A stretch of 64,000 nt of DNA from a bacterium (GCA_030680695.1 JAUXUT010000149.1:103801-167800), one strand, 5' to 3'. Numbered from the stretch's first letter, positions 1 to 11,419 are shown. Made by a program: numbers and translations. Notes: generated by a model not told the origin, from the sequence alone.

Positions 1-121
1 GTCGGTACGGCCGAGGGTGATCGTATACAGCCGAAAGTTCTTATCTCGATACGTGGATACGCGGGCGTGGGGGTGACGAGGTCAGAGTTCAACATACAGA
101 CGACCGTTTCGCAGCGTTCCA

Positions 122-688
122 TTGATTCATAAAGCAATGATAAAGGAAACCTCAACAAAAAATAAAGGATTTACCCTCGTCGAAGCCATGGTGGCGATTT
201 CGATACTATCGCTTGCCGTGACGGGTCCGCTTGTTATCGCTCAAAAGGGTATAGGTTCAGCAGTGTACGCCCGCGATCAGATAACAGCATCGTATCTTGC
301 CCAGGAAGCAGTTGAATACGTGCGCAATGTGCGTGACACGAACAGGATAGAAGGGGATCCGTGGCTTACCAACCTATTCAACTGTCTGGAAACAGGCGCT
401 GGTCAGCGTTGCACAATCGACGCTCGTTTCAAGGATCCGTCAGTAGAGGGTGCCATCACAGCGTGTCCCCCCGGCCTCTGCCCAATACTTATGATCGGTA
501 CAGAACACAACCTTTACGGGTACGGGACTGGTGAGGGTTGGAGGGCGACACCTTTCACAAGGACGGTGTATGTAGATAATCGCATCTTTGATAGGGAGGC
601 GATGGTTTCTGTGACGGTTGAATGGTCAACGTCTTTGTTCGCCCCAAAGAGGACATTTACAGTCAAGGAATATCTGCTTGATTTCTAA
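122..688 (+). CDS. Type IV pilin-like / pseudopilin with prepilin N-terminal cleavage-methylation motif
   Basis: N-terminus has a short basic leader followed by G-FTLVE and a hydrophobic helix (KGFTLVEAMVAISILSLAV), the canonical prepilin peptidase site. Confidence 0.7.
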   Translation: MIHKAMIKETSTKNKGFTLVEAMVAISILSLAVTGPLVIAQKGIGSAVYARDQITASYLAQEAVEYVRNVRDTNRIEGDPWLTNLFNCLETGAGQRCTIDARFKDPSVEGAITACPPGLCPILMIGTEHNLYGYGTGEGWRATPFTRTVYVDNRIFDREAMVSVTVEWSTSLFAPKRTFTVKEYLLDF

Positions 689-689
689 T

Positions 690-3322
<2,633 letters not shown>

Positions 3323-3367
3323 GCCCTTTTTGTTTTTATGAATTTTTTGATATTTCTTTAGATTTTC

Positions 3368-3829
3368 TTGAGCGTGGTCTGTTATGCTCTCGGCATGGAA
3401 AAGGATTTCGACCGATGGAACGGCTTCAAGCGAAATCTAGACGGACGCATCAACGCGCCGAACTTTCACGAGCGCGACATCTGGTGGTGCTCCATAGGTG
3501 TGAATGTCGGGAGGGAACAGCAATCTCAGACTTCCGACTTCAGTAGGCCGGTTCTGGTCCTTAAGAGGTTCAATGCGAGCACTTTTTGGGGCGTGCCGCT
3601 CACAACCAAGGTCAAAGAGGACGGATTCAGGTTTCGATTCCTCATTGACGGCATCGAGAATGATGCGCTCATCCTGCATATGCGCTCGTTCGATAGGAGA
3701 CGCCTCGTTAGAAAAATAGGGATGCTCTCGATTGGTGAATTCGAATCGGTTCGGGAAATAGCTGCAACTGTTCTGAAAAACGAAATCCCCCTTACGGGGG
3801 AAATCTCGGAGGCCGAAGCCAAGGTGTAG
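3368..3829 (+). CDS. MazF/PemK-fold (CcdB/MazF superfamily) toxin-like protein, solitary
   Basis: ERDIWWCSIGVNVGREQ....RPVLVLKRFNASTFWGVPLTTK matches the MazF/PemK core (GDIv.v.f....G.E....RPalVls....v.P.Tt). No antitoxin-sized ORF immediately upstream. Confidence 0.5.
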   Translation: MSVVCYALGMEKDFDRWNGFKRNLDGRINAPNFHERDIWWCSIGVNVGREQQSQTSDFSRPVLVLKRFNASTFWGVPLTTKVKEDGFRFRFLIDGIENDALILHMRSFDRRRLVRKIGMLSIGEFESVREIAATVLKNEIPLTGEISEAEAKV

Positions 3830-3914
3830 ATATAGTCTAGCAGGGTAAGTGTCCCTGTCAACAATGAGGCCTTTCTCGCCCAAAACAGCTTGATTTGATA
3901 TAGTAAAACCCAAC

Positions 3915-4211
3915 ATGATTAACCGCCAGGACATAGATAAGCTCGCAACACTTTCACGCCTCAAGCTTTCGGATGAGGAAAAGGCTGTTATGGAAAAGGA
4001 TATGGTAAATATTCTCGCGTATGTTGATACCCTTAAATCCGCTCCGACAGGCGGTGCGTCTGGTCCTATCATGACTGACAACAGAAACGTCATGCGCGAG
4101 GACGCGAATCCAAACGAGGGCGGCAAGAACACGAAAAAGCTCGTCTCGCTCGCCCCGAAAAGCCAGGGCGATCTGGTGAAAGTGAAGAAGATACTCGGAG
4201 GCACGCAATAA
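3915..4211 (+). CDS. gatC: Asp/Glu-tRNA amidotransferase subunit C
   Basis: 98 aa, LSRLKLSDEE...ILAYVDTL pattern, directly upstream of gatA with a 1-nt gap. Confidence 0.85.
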   Translation: MINRQDIDKLATLSRLKLSDEEKAVMEKDMVNILAYVDTLKSAPTGGASGPIMTDNRNVMREDANPNEGGKNTKKLVSLAPKSQGDLVKVKKILGGTQ

Positions 4212-4212
4212 C

Positions 4213-5703
4213 ATGATCGACCTATCCAAGCTAACTATACAGACCGCTCATGAATTCCTTGTGAAGGGCGATTTCACAGCGCGCGAGCTCGCCCAGGCGT
4301 ATCTCGACGCCGTTGCCGCGAAGGATGGAGGCAAGAACGGAGAGAATGGCATAGGTGCGTATCTCGGTGTCTATGACGATGTGCTGGCCCAGGCGGACGT
4401 GGCCCAAAAGCTCATAGAAGCAGAACGTGCCGGCGGTCCCACATATCCTCTTGCCGGTATTCCGCTCGCCGTGAAGGACAACATTTTAATTGAAGGTAAG
4501 CCGGCCCAGTCCGCGTCAAAAATCCTCGAAGGATATATTGCCCCGTACGACGCGACAGCGATTAAGAAATTGAAAGAGGCGGGCGCCGTGTTCATTGGCC
4601 GCGCCAACATGGACGAGTTTGCTATGGGCGGTTCTACTGAAAATTCGGCATATCAGACAACCAAGAATCCGCACGACCTTTCGCGCGTTGCAGGCGGGTC
4701 ATCTGGCGGTTCTGCGGCGGCTGTGGCGGCGGATATGGCCCTAGGAGCCCTTGGATCTGATACAGGTGGGTCAGTGCGCCAGCCGGCATCATATTGCGGC
4801 GTGGTGGGCCTCAAGCCGACCTACGGATCTATTTCGCGCTACGGTCTCATGGCCATGGGATCTTCGCTCGACGTGATTGGTCCGATTGCAAAGTCTGTCG
4901 GAGACGTTGAAATTCTTTTCAATGCGATGAAAGGTAAGGATGCATTCGATGGAACGTCAATAGATGTGGAGGAGTACCGATCCGGGGCGATAAAAGATGA
5001 CACAACCGGCAAAAAGCCGGTCATTGGCGTGCCACGAGCGTTTCTTGTAGGCGACGGCATCGACACAGATGTAATGAAAGCATTCGACGCATCGATTGCG
5101 CGATTCAAAGAACTTGGTTATGAGGTGAAAGACATTGAATTGCCGAACATTGGATATTCGCTCGCTGTGTATTACGTCGTTATGCCGGCGGAGGTGTCGT
5201 CCAATCTTGCTCGCTTTGACGGAGTGAAATACGGAGCTTATAAGGAAGGTGCTACGGGCATCGAAGATTATTTCGAGACGCGCGGTGAGTATTTCGGCCG
5301 CGAAGCCCGCCGACGCGTCATGCTCGGCACATATGTTTTGTCGTCGGGTTATTACGACGCCTATTACAACAAGGCGAATGCTGTACGCGATCTCATTAAG
5401 GCTGATTTCGCCAAGGCATTCTCACCAGAAGGCTTCGGTGTCGATGCCATTATCACCCCGACCGCTCCTGCCGTCGCGTTCAAAGTCGGCGAGAAGGTCT
5501 CGGACCCGGTCTCCATGTACCTTGAAGACATATTCACGGTGACGGCAAATCTTGTTGGCGTGCCGGCGATATCATTGCCTGCAGGCCACAAAGAAGTAGA
5601 TGGAAAAAGAATGCCGATTGGTATGCAGCTCACATCAGCACATGGCAGGGAAGACGTATTGTTCGCGTTGGGCAAGGACCTTCTCGGCGAGAAGGCAGCA
5701 TAA
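4213..5703 (+). CDS. gatA: Asp/Glu-tRNA amidotransferase subunit A (amidase signature family)
   Basis: Amidase signature GGSSGGSAAAVAA and Ser-cisSer-Lys context. 496 aa. Confidence 0.95.
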   Translation: MIDLSKLTIQTAHEFLVKGDFTARELAQAYLDAVAAKDGGKNGENGIGAYLGVYDDVLAQADVAQKLIEAERAGGPTYPLAGIPLAVKDNILIEGKPAQSASKILEGYIAPYDATAIKKLKEAGAVFIGRANMDEFAMGGSTENSAYQTTKNPHDLSRVAGGSSGGSAAAVAADMALGALGSDTGGSVRQPASYCGVVGLKPTYGSISRYGLMAMGSSLDVIGPIAKSVGDVEILFNAMKGKDAFDGTSIDVEEYRSGAIKDDTTGKKPVIGVPRAFLVGDGIDTDVMKAFDASIARFKELGYEVKDIELPNIGYSLAVYYVVMPAEVSSNLARFDGVKYGAYKEGATGIEDYFETRGEYFGREARRRVMLGTYVLSSGYYDAYYNKANAVRDLIKADFAKAFSPEGFGVDAIITPTAPAVAFKVGEKVSDPVSMYLEDIFTVTANLVGVPAISLPAGHKEVDGKRMPIGMQLTSAHGREDVLFALGKDLLGEKAA

Positions 5704-5734
5704 ATAACATAGTGCGGTACAATAAGGGGCAGTC

Positions 5735-6316
5735 ATGGACGCAGTTAATTTCCTCAACCTCGAATACATAATCCTGAGCATCGCGAATTTCTTCAGGAAT
5801 TTCGATGTCAACGCGATATTAAATGCGGTTATCGCATTCATCGAGACAATCCGTCCGTTCGCCATCTTTGTGACGATTTTGCTCGTCTACGTTATTGTTT
5901 ACTCATATATCAGACTCGGGCAGGTGGATAAGGAAGAGGAGCGTAAGTTCAATTCAATCCGTCTCAAGGACGCTATCAACGAGCCTGGCCACGACGCGGT
6001 ACTTAATAAAAAATGGGAGAGTGTCCAAAAGCATATCAATTCGGACAACCCTGCCGAATGGAGGCTTGCCATACTTGAGGCGGACATCATGCTGGGCGAC
6101 ATACTAGAGAAAATGGGGTATCAAGGCGATTCGATAGGCGAGCGATTAAAGGGCATAGAGAAGAGCGACTTCCTAACCCTCGATTTGGCGTGGGAAGCAC
6201 ACAAGGTGAGGAACCAAATTGCCCACGAGGGTACAGAATTCCTTCTGAATGATCGTGATGCACGCCGCATAATCGACCTGTATAAACAGGTATTCGAGGA
6301 GTTCTATTATATTTAA
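5735..6316 (+). CDS. Membrane-anchored HEPN-like (DUF4145-like) domain protein
   Basis: N-terminal hydrophobic helix (FAIFVTILLVYVIVYSYI). C-terminal all-alpha domain has HKVRNQIAHEG, an R-x4-H-x-G HEPN-type motif. Confidence 0.45.
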   Translation: MDAVNFLNLEYIILSIANFFRNFDVNAILNAVIAFIETIRPFAIFVTILLVYVIVYSYIRLGQVDKEEERKFNSIRLKDAINEPGHDAVLNKKWESVQKHINSDNPAEWRLAILEADIMLGDILEKMGYQGDSIGERLKGIEKSDFLTLDLAWEAHKVRNQIAHEGTEFLLNDRDARRIIDLYKQVFEEFYYI

Positions 6317-6414
6317 TCTTTATTTAAGGCTGATATATCGGCTTGCGCGGAAAATTTCGGCGTTGTATACTATAGGGAACATTCGCATTGTGCGAAGACC
6401 AGCGAATGAACGAT

Positions 6415-6485
6415 AGCGGGGTAGAGCACCGGTAGCTCGACAGGCTCATAACCTGTAGGAGGTGGTTCAATTCCACCCCCCGCAA
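6415..6485 (+). tRNA. tRNA with CAU anticodon (Met/fMet/Ile2 class). 1:72 appears unpaired
   Basis: Cloverleaf readable by eye. Anticodon stem acagg/cctgt with loop cTCATAa, T-arm ggtgg-ttcaatt-ccacc. CCA not encoded. Confidence 0.7.
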
Positions 6486-6540
6486 CAAGGACTAGGAAAA
6501 GCCGCCATTACGGCGGCTTTTCCTTTGGTATAATGGATTC

Positions 6541-7110
6541 ATGCAAAAGCATCATTATGTTGCCCGAGAGTCGGCTCTATCACACTTCTTTTTCAGCAAT
6601 ACTAAGTCGGCGTGGATTTGGTTAGTTATACGTCTCTATGTTGGATGGGAATGGCTCGTAGCTGGTTGGAACAAGGTTGGTGCTCCTGCGTGGACCGGCG
6701 ACCAGGCGGGTGCTGCCGTCACTGGATTCGTGCGTGGAGCGCTCGAGAAGACTGGTGGAGCCCATCCAGACGTCCAGGGTTGGTATGCATCGTTCCTCGA
6801 ACAGATCGTCTTGCCAAACGCTTCTGCCTGGGCCCATGCAGTAGCCTGGGGAGAGGTTTTCGTAGGTATCGGTCTCATCATTGGAGCCTTTGTTGGGGTC
6901 GCTGCCTTCTTTGGGCTTTTCATGAATCTCAATTATCTGCTTGCGGGAACAGTCAGCACCAACCCGATTCTCTTCACGCTCTCAATCGGTCTTATCCTTG
7001 CCTGGAAAGTGGCGGGCTACTTGGGAGCCGATCGGTTCATATTGCCTCGCATATCGACCATGGCCCTTGGCGCACCTCCACGGGAAGATGGTGCCCGGAA
7101 CGACGGATAG
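6541..7110 (+). CDS. DoxX family membrane protein
   Basis: WLVIRLYVGWEWLVAGWNKV N-terminal motif typical of DoxX/TQO small subunit, plus multiple TM segments. Confidence 0.6.
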   Translation: MQKHHYVARESALSHFFFSNTKSAWIWLVIRLYVGWEWLVAGWNKVGAPAWTGDQAGAAVTGFVRGALEKTGGAHPDVQGWYASFLEQIVLPNASAWAHAVAWGEVFVGIGLIIGAFVGVAAFFGLFMNLNYLLAGTVSTNPILFTLSIGLILAWKVAGYLGADRFILPRISTMALGAPPREDGARNDG

Positions 7111-7126
7111 CCTGGCCAAGCAACAA

Positions 7127-7153
7127 AAAACCCGCTCATCAGGCGGGTTTTTT
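7127..7153 (+). terminator. Rho-independent terminator
   Basis: aaaacccgc-tcatca-ggcgggtttttt hairpin plus U-tract after the DoxX gene. Confidence 0.7.
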
Positions 7154-7294
7154 GTGGGAAAGTGACGTTTGCTGCGCGAATGTCGACTCTACGGCTTGAA
7201 GTACACATAGATATTACGGGGCAAGGGGACTTTTTCTTTCAAATACGCCCTTTGCCTTGGAAAAGGCTCTGTGGTGTGATATCTTGTTCAAACT

Positions 7295-7368
7295 GTCGGC
7301 GTAGCTCAGTTGGTTAGAGCGTGGGACTCATAAGCCCAAGGTCGGAGGTTCGATCCCTCCCGCCGACA
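7295..7368 (+). tRNA. tRNA with CAU anticodon (Met/Ile2 class)
   Basis: Acceptor gtcggcg/cgccgac fully paired, anticodon loop cTCATAa, T-arm ggagg-ttcgatc-cctcc. 74 nt. Confidence 0.8.
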
Positions 7369-7424
7369 CACGTGATTTTTTAGGCATTTTATGCTTAAAT
7401 GGTCGCGCATGTACATATGCATAT

Positions 7425-7498
7425 GCGGGTGTAGCTCAGTTGGTTAGAGCGCTTCCCTGTCACGGAAGAGGTCGCGGGTTCGAGTCCCGTCACTCGCG
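7425..7498 (+). tRNA. tRNA-Asp (GUC)
   Basis: Anticodon stem cttcc/ggaag with loop cTGTCAc, acceptor gcgggtg/cactcgc. 74 nt. Confidence 0.9.
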
Positions 7499-7580
7499 CA
7501 TTAGATGATGTTCTCATACGGCTCTGTAAGGGCCACGTTGTACGTACGGCTTATCGAATATGGCCGTATAAATAACATAT

Positions 7581-7757
7581 ATGTACCCAGAGAACAGCAA
7601 CGCAACGACCAACGCGATACTCGTCATACTTCTCGTAATTATTGTAGGCCTCGCCGTATGGTTTATTGTGGACCGAAGACAGCCAGCGCCAGAGCCTGGT
7701 GGTGCGAGCCTCGAGATCAATCTCGACGGAAACGTCTTACCGAAAGACAACGAGTAA
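7581..7757 (+). CDS. Small (58 aa) single-TM membrane protein
   Basis: ATG ORF MYPENSNATTNAILVILLVIIVGLAVWFIVDRRQ... lies between tRNA genes and has its own terminator. Below the ORF-track size cutoff. Confidence 0.35.
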   Translation: MYPENSNATTNAILVILLVIIVGLAVWFIVDRRQPAPEPGGASLEINLDGNVLPKDNE

Positions 7758-7767
7758 TGTTTCAAGC

Positions 7768-7800
7768 AAAGGCGCCCGCTTTCGCGGGCGCCTTTGTATT
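7768..7800 (+). terminator. Rho-independent terminator
   Basis: aaaggcgcccg-cttt-cgcgggcgccttt followed by gtattt. Confidence 0.7.
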
Positions 7801-7897
7801 TCTATGAATCAAGCTCAAGCGCGAAATATGCGGATTGATTGAAAAATATCGTTAAATAGTCTATTCTTTGTGGACGTCGCGAGACGTTACATCATAA

Positions 7898-7970
7898 GCC
7901 GATGTAGCTCAGTTGGTAGAGCACGTCATTGGTAATGACGAGGTCACCAGTTCGATCCTGGTCGTCGGCT
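7898..7970 (+). tRNA. tRNA-Thr (GGU)
   Basis: Anticodon stem cgtca/tgacg with loop tTGGTAa, T-arm accag-ttcgatc-ctggt. 73 nt. Confidence 0.9.
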
Positions 7971-7995
7971 CCGGTAGAAGGTGCGCGCACCGGCT

Positions 7996-8068
7996 GCCAC
8001 CTTAGCTCAGCTGGTAGAGCAATACTTTCGTAAAGTAGAGGTCCCGAGTTCGATTCTCGGAGGTGGCT
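7996..8068 (+). tRNA. tRNA-Thr (CGU)
   Basis: Acceptor gccacct/aggtggc, anticodon loop tTCGTAa, T-arm ccgag-ttcgatt-ctcgg. 73 nt. Confidence 0.85.
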
Positions 8069-8235
8069 CAGACAGGGCATCATTTGACTTTTTCATATTT
8101 TGTATTAAGATAAGTTTAGAAGGGATCCGGAGTTCTAGCCGGGTCCCGACAGGCCCACAGGCGATTTTTGGGTTTGCGAGCTGCCATAGTGACTGCTTTG
8201 GATAGCGAACCACTTTTTGTCGGTGGGTCAGGGCC

Positions 8236-8268
8236 AGGGCCGGCGTGCGAACGCCGGCCCTTTTTTAT
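8236..8268 (+). terminator. Rho-independent terminator closing the tRNA cluster
   Basis: gggccggcg-tgcgaa-cgccggccc followed by ttttttatt. Confidence 0.7.
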
Positions 8269-8296
8269 TGCCGTATCGCTGATATGATGTCCTTGC

Positions 8297-9166
8297 ATGA
8301 ATGAAAAGCTTAAAGAAATAGCTGCGATTGAAGCCCAGATGGCTGACTCGACGTTCTGGGACAACAAAGACAAGGCTCAGGCGGCGCTTAAGGACCTCAA
8401 CAGGCTCAAGGCCGAGCTCGCCGAATACGAAAAATATGAGCGCGGTAATGCCGTTATGACAATTTTTTCTGGCGCTGGGGGCGATGACGCCGAAGATTTC
8501 TCGCGCATGCTTCTTGATATGTACACGAAGTACGCTGCGGCCAAGGGTTGGGGCATTTCTTTTATACACGAGCACAAGAACGAGCGGGGAGGATACCGCA
8601 ACGTCACTATGGAAATCGCGGGCAAGGGGGCGTATGGCACGCTCAAAAATGAATCAGGTGTGCATCGCCTGGTCCGCATCTCGCCATTCAATGCCAAATC
8701 CCAACGCCACACTTCGTTTTCGCTTGTCGAAGTTGTACCAAAATTTGAAAAAGCCGAGCATTTTAAAATAAACCCCGACGATCTAAAAATAGATTTTGCT
8801 CGTTCATCTGGTCCTGGCGGCCAAAATGTGAATAAACGCGAGACGGCTGTGCGTATAGTGCATCTGCCGACCAAGCTCGCCGTTCATGTCGATTCTGAAA
8901 GGTCGCAGGCAGACAACCGTGCTCGGGCCATGGATATCCTCCAGGCCAAGCTGTACAAGTTGCAAGAAGACGAGCGCAAAGCCAAGGAACGCGGAATGCA
9001 TATATCAAAGACCACGGATATCGAATGGGGTAATCAGATTCGCTCGTATGTCGTTCATCCATACAAGATGGTCAAAGACCACCGAACTGATGCAGAGACT
9101 TCTAATGTTGATGCTGTACTGGCAGGTGAAATAGATTTGTTTATTGAGGCGGAAAGGGGATTGTAG
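8297..9166 (+). CDS. prfB: Peptide chain release factor 2 (short form, contiguous frame)
   Basis: SPF tripeptide (ISPFNAKSQRHTSF), GGQ motif (SGPGGQNVNKRETAVRIVHLPT), 289 aa. No +1 frameshift site evident upstream. Confidence 0.85.
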   Translation: MNEKLKEIAAIEAQMADSTFWDNKDKAQAALKDLNRLKAELAEYEKYERGNAVMTIFSGAGGDDAEDFSRMLLDMYTKYAAAKGWGISFIHEHKNERGGYRNVTMEIAGKGAYGTLKNESGVHRLVRISPFNAKSQRHTSFSLVEVVPKFEKAEHFKINPDDLKIDFARSSGPGGQNVNKRETAVRIVHLPTKLAVHVDSERSQADNRARAMDILQAKLYKLQEDERKAKERGMHISKTTDIEWGNQIRSYVVHPYKMVKDHRTDAETSNVDAVLAGEIDLFIEAERGL

Positions 9167-9220
9167 GCGAGCGCCGCCATCTGGCGGATAAATTATTGCG
9201 AAGATTTCCGGAAAAGAAAA

Positions 9221-9252
9221 AGGCCGCCGCGCTCTGGGGAGCGGGGCGGCCT
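9221..9252 (-). terminator. Terminator hairpin for the minus-strand response regulator gene (possibly bidirectional)
   Basis: aggccgcc....ggcggcct stem. The U-tract is on the minus strand (plus-strand gaaaagaaaa precedes it). Confidence 0.55.
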
Positions 9253-9265
9253 TGTCGGTCGGGAC

Positions 9266-9646
9266 CTATTGGGCCACGGCCGTTTTTTTTGGCGTCCGGA
9301 TTTCGGCGTCAATCTCGTCGATGCTTGAAGGCTTCGAGAGGTAGACGTCGGCCCGGCTGTGCGGCGGACGGGCACGTCCGGAGAAAAGAATGGTCTTCAT
9401 CTCCGGATAGCGCTCGTTCACATACGCGATGAGGCGGTCGCCGTCGCCGTTGATAGGCAGGTGTTGAGAAGTGATAAGTACGTCGAAACGTCCCTTCTCC
9501 AACTCCTCCTTCGCGTTCTCGATGGCAATCGTGGCAACGAGTTCGTGACCACATTGTTGGAGCGCGCTGAAGAGCATGGAACCGGTATCCATGTCGCCTT
9601 CGGCGAGAAGGACCCGAAGGCCCTTTGGGGATTTTGATGAGCTCAT
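9266..9646 (-). CDS. Stand-alone response regulator receiver (CheY-like) protein
   Basis: RVLLAEGD acidic pocket, FDVLITS phospho-Asp site, ILFSG, YLSKP Lys. 126 aa with no output domain. Confidence 0.7.
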   Translation of the reverse strand: MSSSKSPKGLRVLLAEGDMDTGSMLFSALQQCGHELVATIAIENAKEELEKGRFDVLITSQHLPINGDGDRLIAYVNERYPEMKTILFSGRARPPHSRADVYLSKPSSIDEIDAEIRTPKKTAVAQ

Positions 9647-9787
9647 TAATCTTAATTATATCATATACAGTTTCAAAGTCAAGGGCCTATCCGTGGCCAA
9701 TTTTAGCCATAGGCGAGCCGCGAGCCAATATGGTACGATAGAGAGACCTGAACGGCTTCGGATGCTGAAACACCCATTTCAAACCCT

Positions 9788-10468
9788 ATGATTAAATTTG
9801 AAAAAGTAACCAAGGTTTACGCGGACGACTCCGTGGCCCTCGAGGACGTTTCGCTCCATATCGAGTCAAAGGAATTCGTCTCCATCGTCGGCCATTCTGG
9901 CGCCGGCAAGACGACGCTTATCAAAATGATCCTCGCTGAGGAGAAGCCGACGCGTGGGACGGTCCATTTTGAGTCTGTAGACATACACAGTCTTAAGAAG
10001 TCCGATATGCCGAAGTTTCGCCGCCGCATCGGAACGGTATTTCAGGATTTTCGTCTTATTCCTAACAAGACGGTGTTTGAGAACATTGCTTTCGCCATGG
10101 AGGCGGCGGGCCGTACCGACGAAGAAATCGCATCGGACGTTCCGCATGTTTTGGAACTCGTGGACCTCGGCAGGAAAATTTGGAGCTTTCCGCACGAACT
10201 TTCGGGAGGCGAGAAACAGCGCGTCGCCTTGGCTCGCGCCATCGTGAACCAGCCAGACATCATCATTGCTGACGAACCGACAGGTAACCTCGATCCGGTC
10301 AATACATACGAAATCGTGCAGATTTTGAAGAAAATCAACGACCTCGGTACGACGGTTATTCTTACCACCCACAACAAAGGTGTCATTGAAACTGTCGGCC
10401 GCAGGGTTATCACTATGGAAAGAGGTCGCCTCGTCCGCGACGACAAGGATGGTAAATACGCGATTTAA
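9788..10468 (+). CDS. ftsE: Cell division ATP-binding protein FtsE
   Basis: Walker A GHSGAGKTT, ABC signature LSGGEKQRVALARA, Walker B IIIADEPTGNLD. Followed by ftsX. Confidence 0.9.
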   Translation: MIKFEKVTKVYADDSVALEDVSLHIESKEFVSIVGHSGAGKTTLIKMILAEEKPTRGTVHFESVDIHSLKKSDMPKFRRRIGTVFQDFRLIPNKTVFENIAFAMEAAGRTDEEIASDVPHVLELVDLGRKIWSFPHELSGGEKQRVALARAIVNQPDIIIADEPTGNLDPVNTYEIVQILKKINDLGTTVILTTHNKGVIETVGRRVITMERGRLVRDDKDGKYAI

Positions 10469-10501
10469 GACTCTTTAATCCTTGCTATAATCAAATCATC
10501 G

Positions 10502-11419
10502 ATGCTCTGGATAAACACTAAAAGGATATTGAAGGCAGGGTTCGTATCGTTCGCGCGAAACGGCCTTGTTTCGCTCTCGTCCGTGCTCATCATCACGGTC
10601 ACGTTGTTTGTTCTCGGCGGCATCTTGTTCTCTGGCGCTCTCCTTAATTCGTCTCTCGAAGAGATTAAGTCCAAGGTCGATGTGAACGTATATTTCGTGC
10701 CTGTTGCGAATGAAAGCGACGTGCTTGCCCTGCAAAATCGTCTTATGGCACTGCCGGAAGTCGCTTCGGCCGATTATGTGTCGAGCGAGCAGGCCCTGGA
10801 GAATTTCAGGAATCGACACGCGAACGACGCGGTGACGTTGCAGGCCCTTGATGAACTTGGCACGAACCCATTGGGTGCCATTATCAATATCAAGGCTACT
10901 GATCCATCACAGTACGAAGGCATTGCTCGGTTTCTTGATGGCGAGAACGAGGCGCGACCAGGCTTCATTGATCGCATCAATTACTATCAGAACAAGGTCG
11001 CCATAGACACTTTGTCGAGCATGATTGATGGGGGAAGGAAAATCGCCTTTGCCATCGCCCTCGCTTTCATAATTATATCGATGGTTATTGCGTTTAACAC
11101 CATCCGGCTTACGATATACATCGCTCGTGAAGAGATTTCCGTCATGAGGCTGGTCGGTGCATCGAACAAATACATTCGCGGACCGTTCGTCGTCGCCGGT
11201 ATCATGTACGGCATCGTATCTGCCTTTATCACTCTTATCCTGTTGTATCCTGCGACTTTCTGGATTTCGTCGGTGACTGGAACATTTTTCAGCGGCTTCA
11301 GCATCTTTGCGTACTACCTACATGAGTTCCCGATGATATTCGGACTTCTTGTTGGGGCAGGTGTGTTCCTTGGAGGTGTGTCTAGTTATCTTGCCGTTCG
11401 TCGATACCTTCGCCTCTAG
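10502..11419 (+). CDS. ftsX: Cell division permease FtsX
   Basis: N-terminal TM, periplasmic domain, three C-terminal TM helices. Adjacent to ftsE. Confidence 0.85.
   Translation: MLWINTKRILKAGFVSFARNGLVSLSSVLIITVTLFVLGGILFSGALLNSSLEEIKSKVDVNVYFVPVANESDVLALQNRLMALPEVASADYVSSEQALENFRNRHANDAVTLQALDELGTNPLGAIINIKATDPSQYEGIARFLDGENEARPGFIDRINYYQNKVAIDTLSSMIDGGRKIAFAIALAFIIISMVIAFNTIRLTIYIAREEISVMRLVGASNKYIRGPFVVAGIMYGIVSAFITLILLYPATFWISSVTGTFFSGFSIFAYYLHEFPMIFGLLVGAGVFLGGVSSYLAVRRYLRL

Noticed and set aside
3437-4204. 255-aa minus-strand ORF spanning the MazF-like gene and gatC
   Set aside because: It overlaps two co-directional plus-strand genes with clear family motifs and has low-complexity Pro/Ser-rich translation. 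Antisense artefact.
6612-7199. 195-aa alternative-frame ORF overlapping the DoxX gene
   Set aside because: Cys/Arg/Trp-rich translation typical of an out-of-frame GC-rich reading. The DoxX frame has a family motif and TM helices.
8270-8300. Possible programmed +1 frameshift site upstream of prfB (atgatgtccttgcatgaatga)
   Set aside because: Only a 6-codon mini-ORF precedes the UGA, with no CUU-UGA-C context, and the downstream frame already begins with ATG and encodes a complete short RF2.
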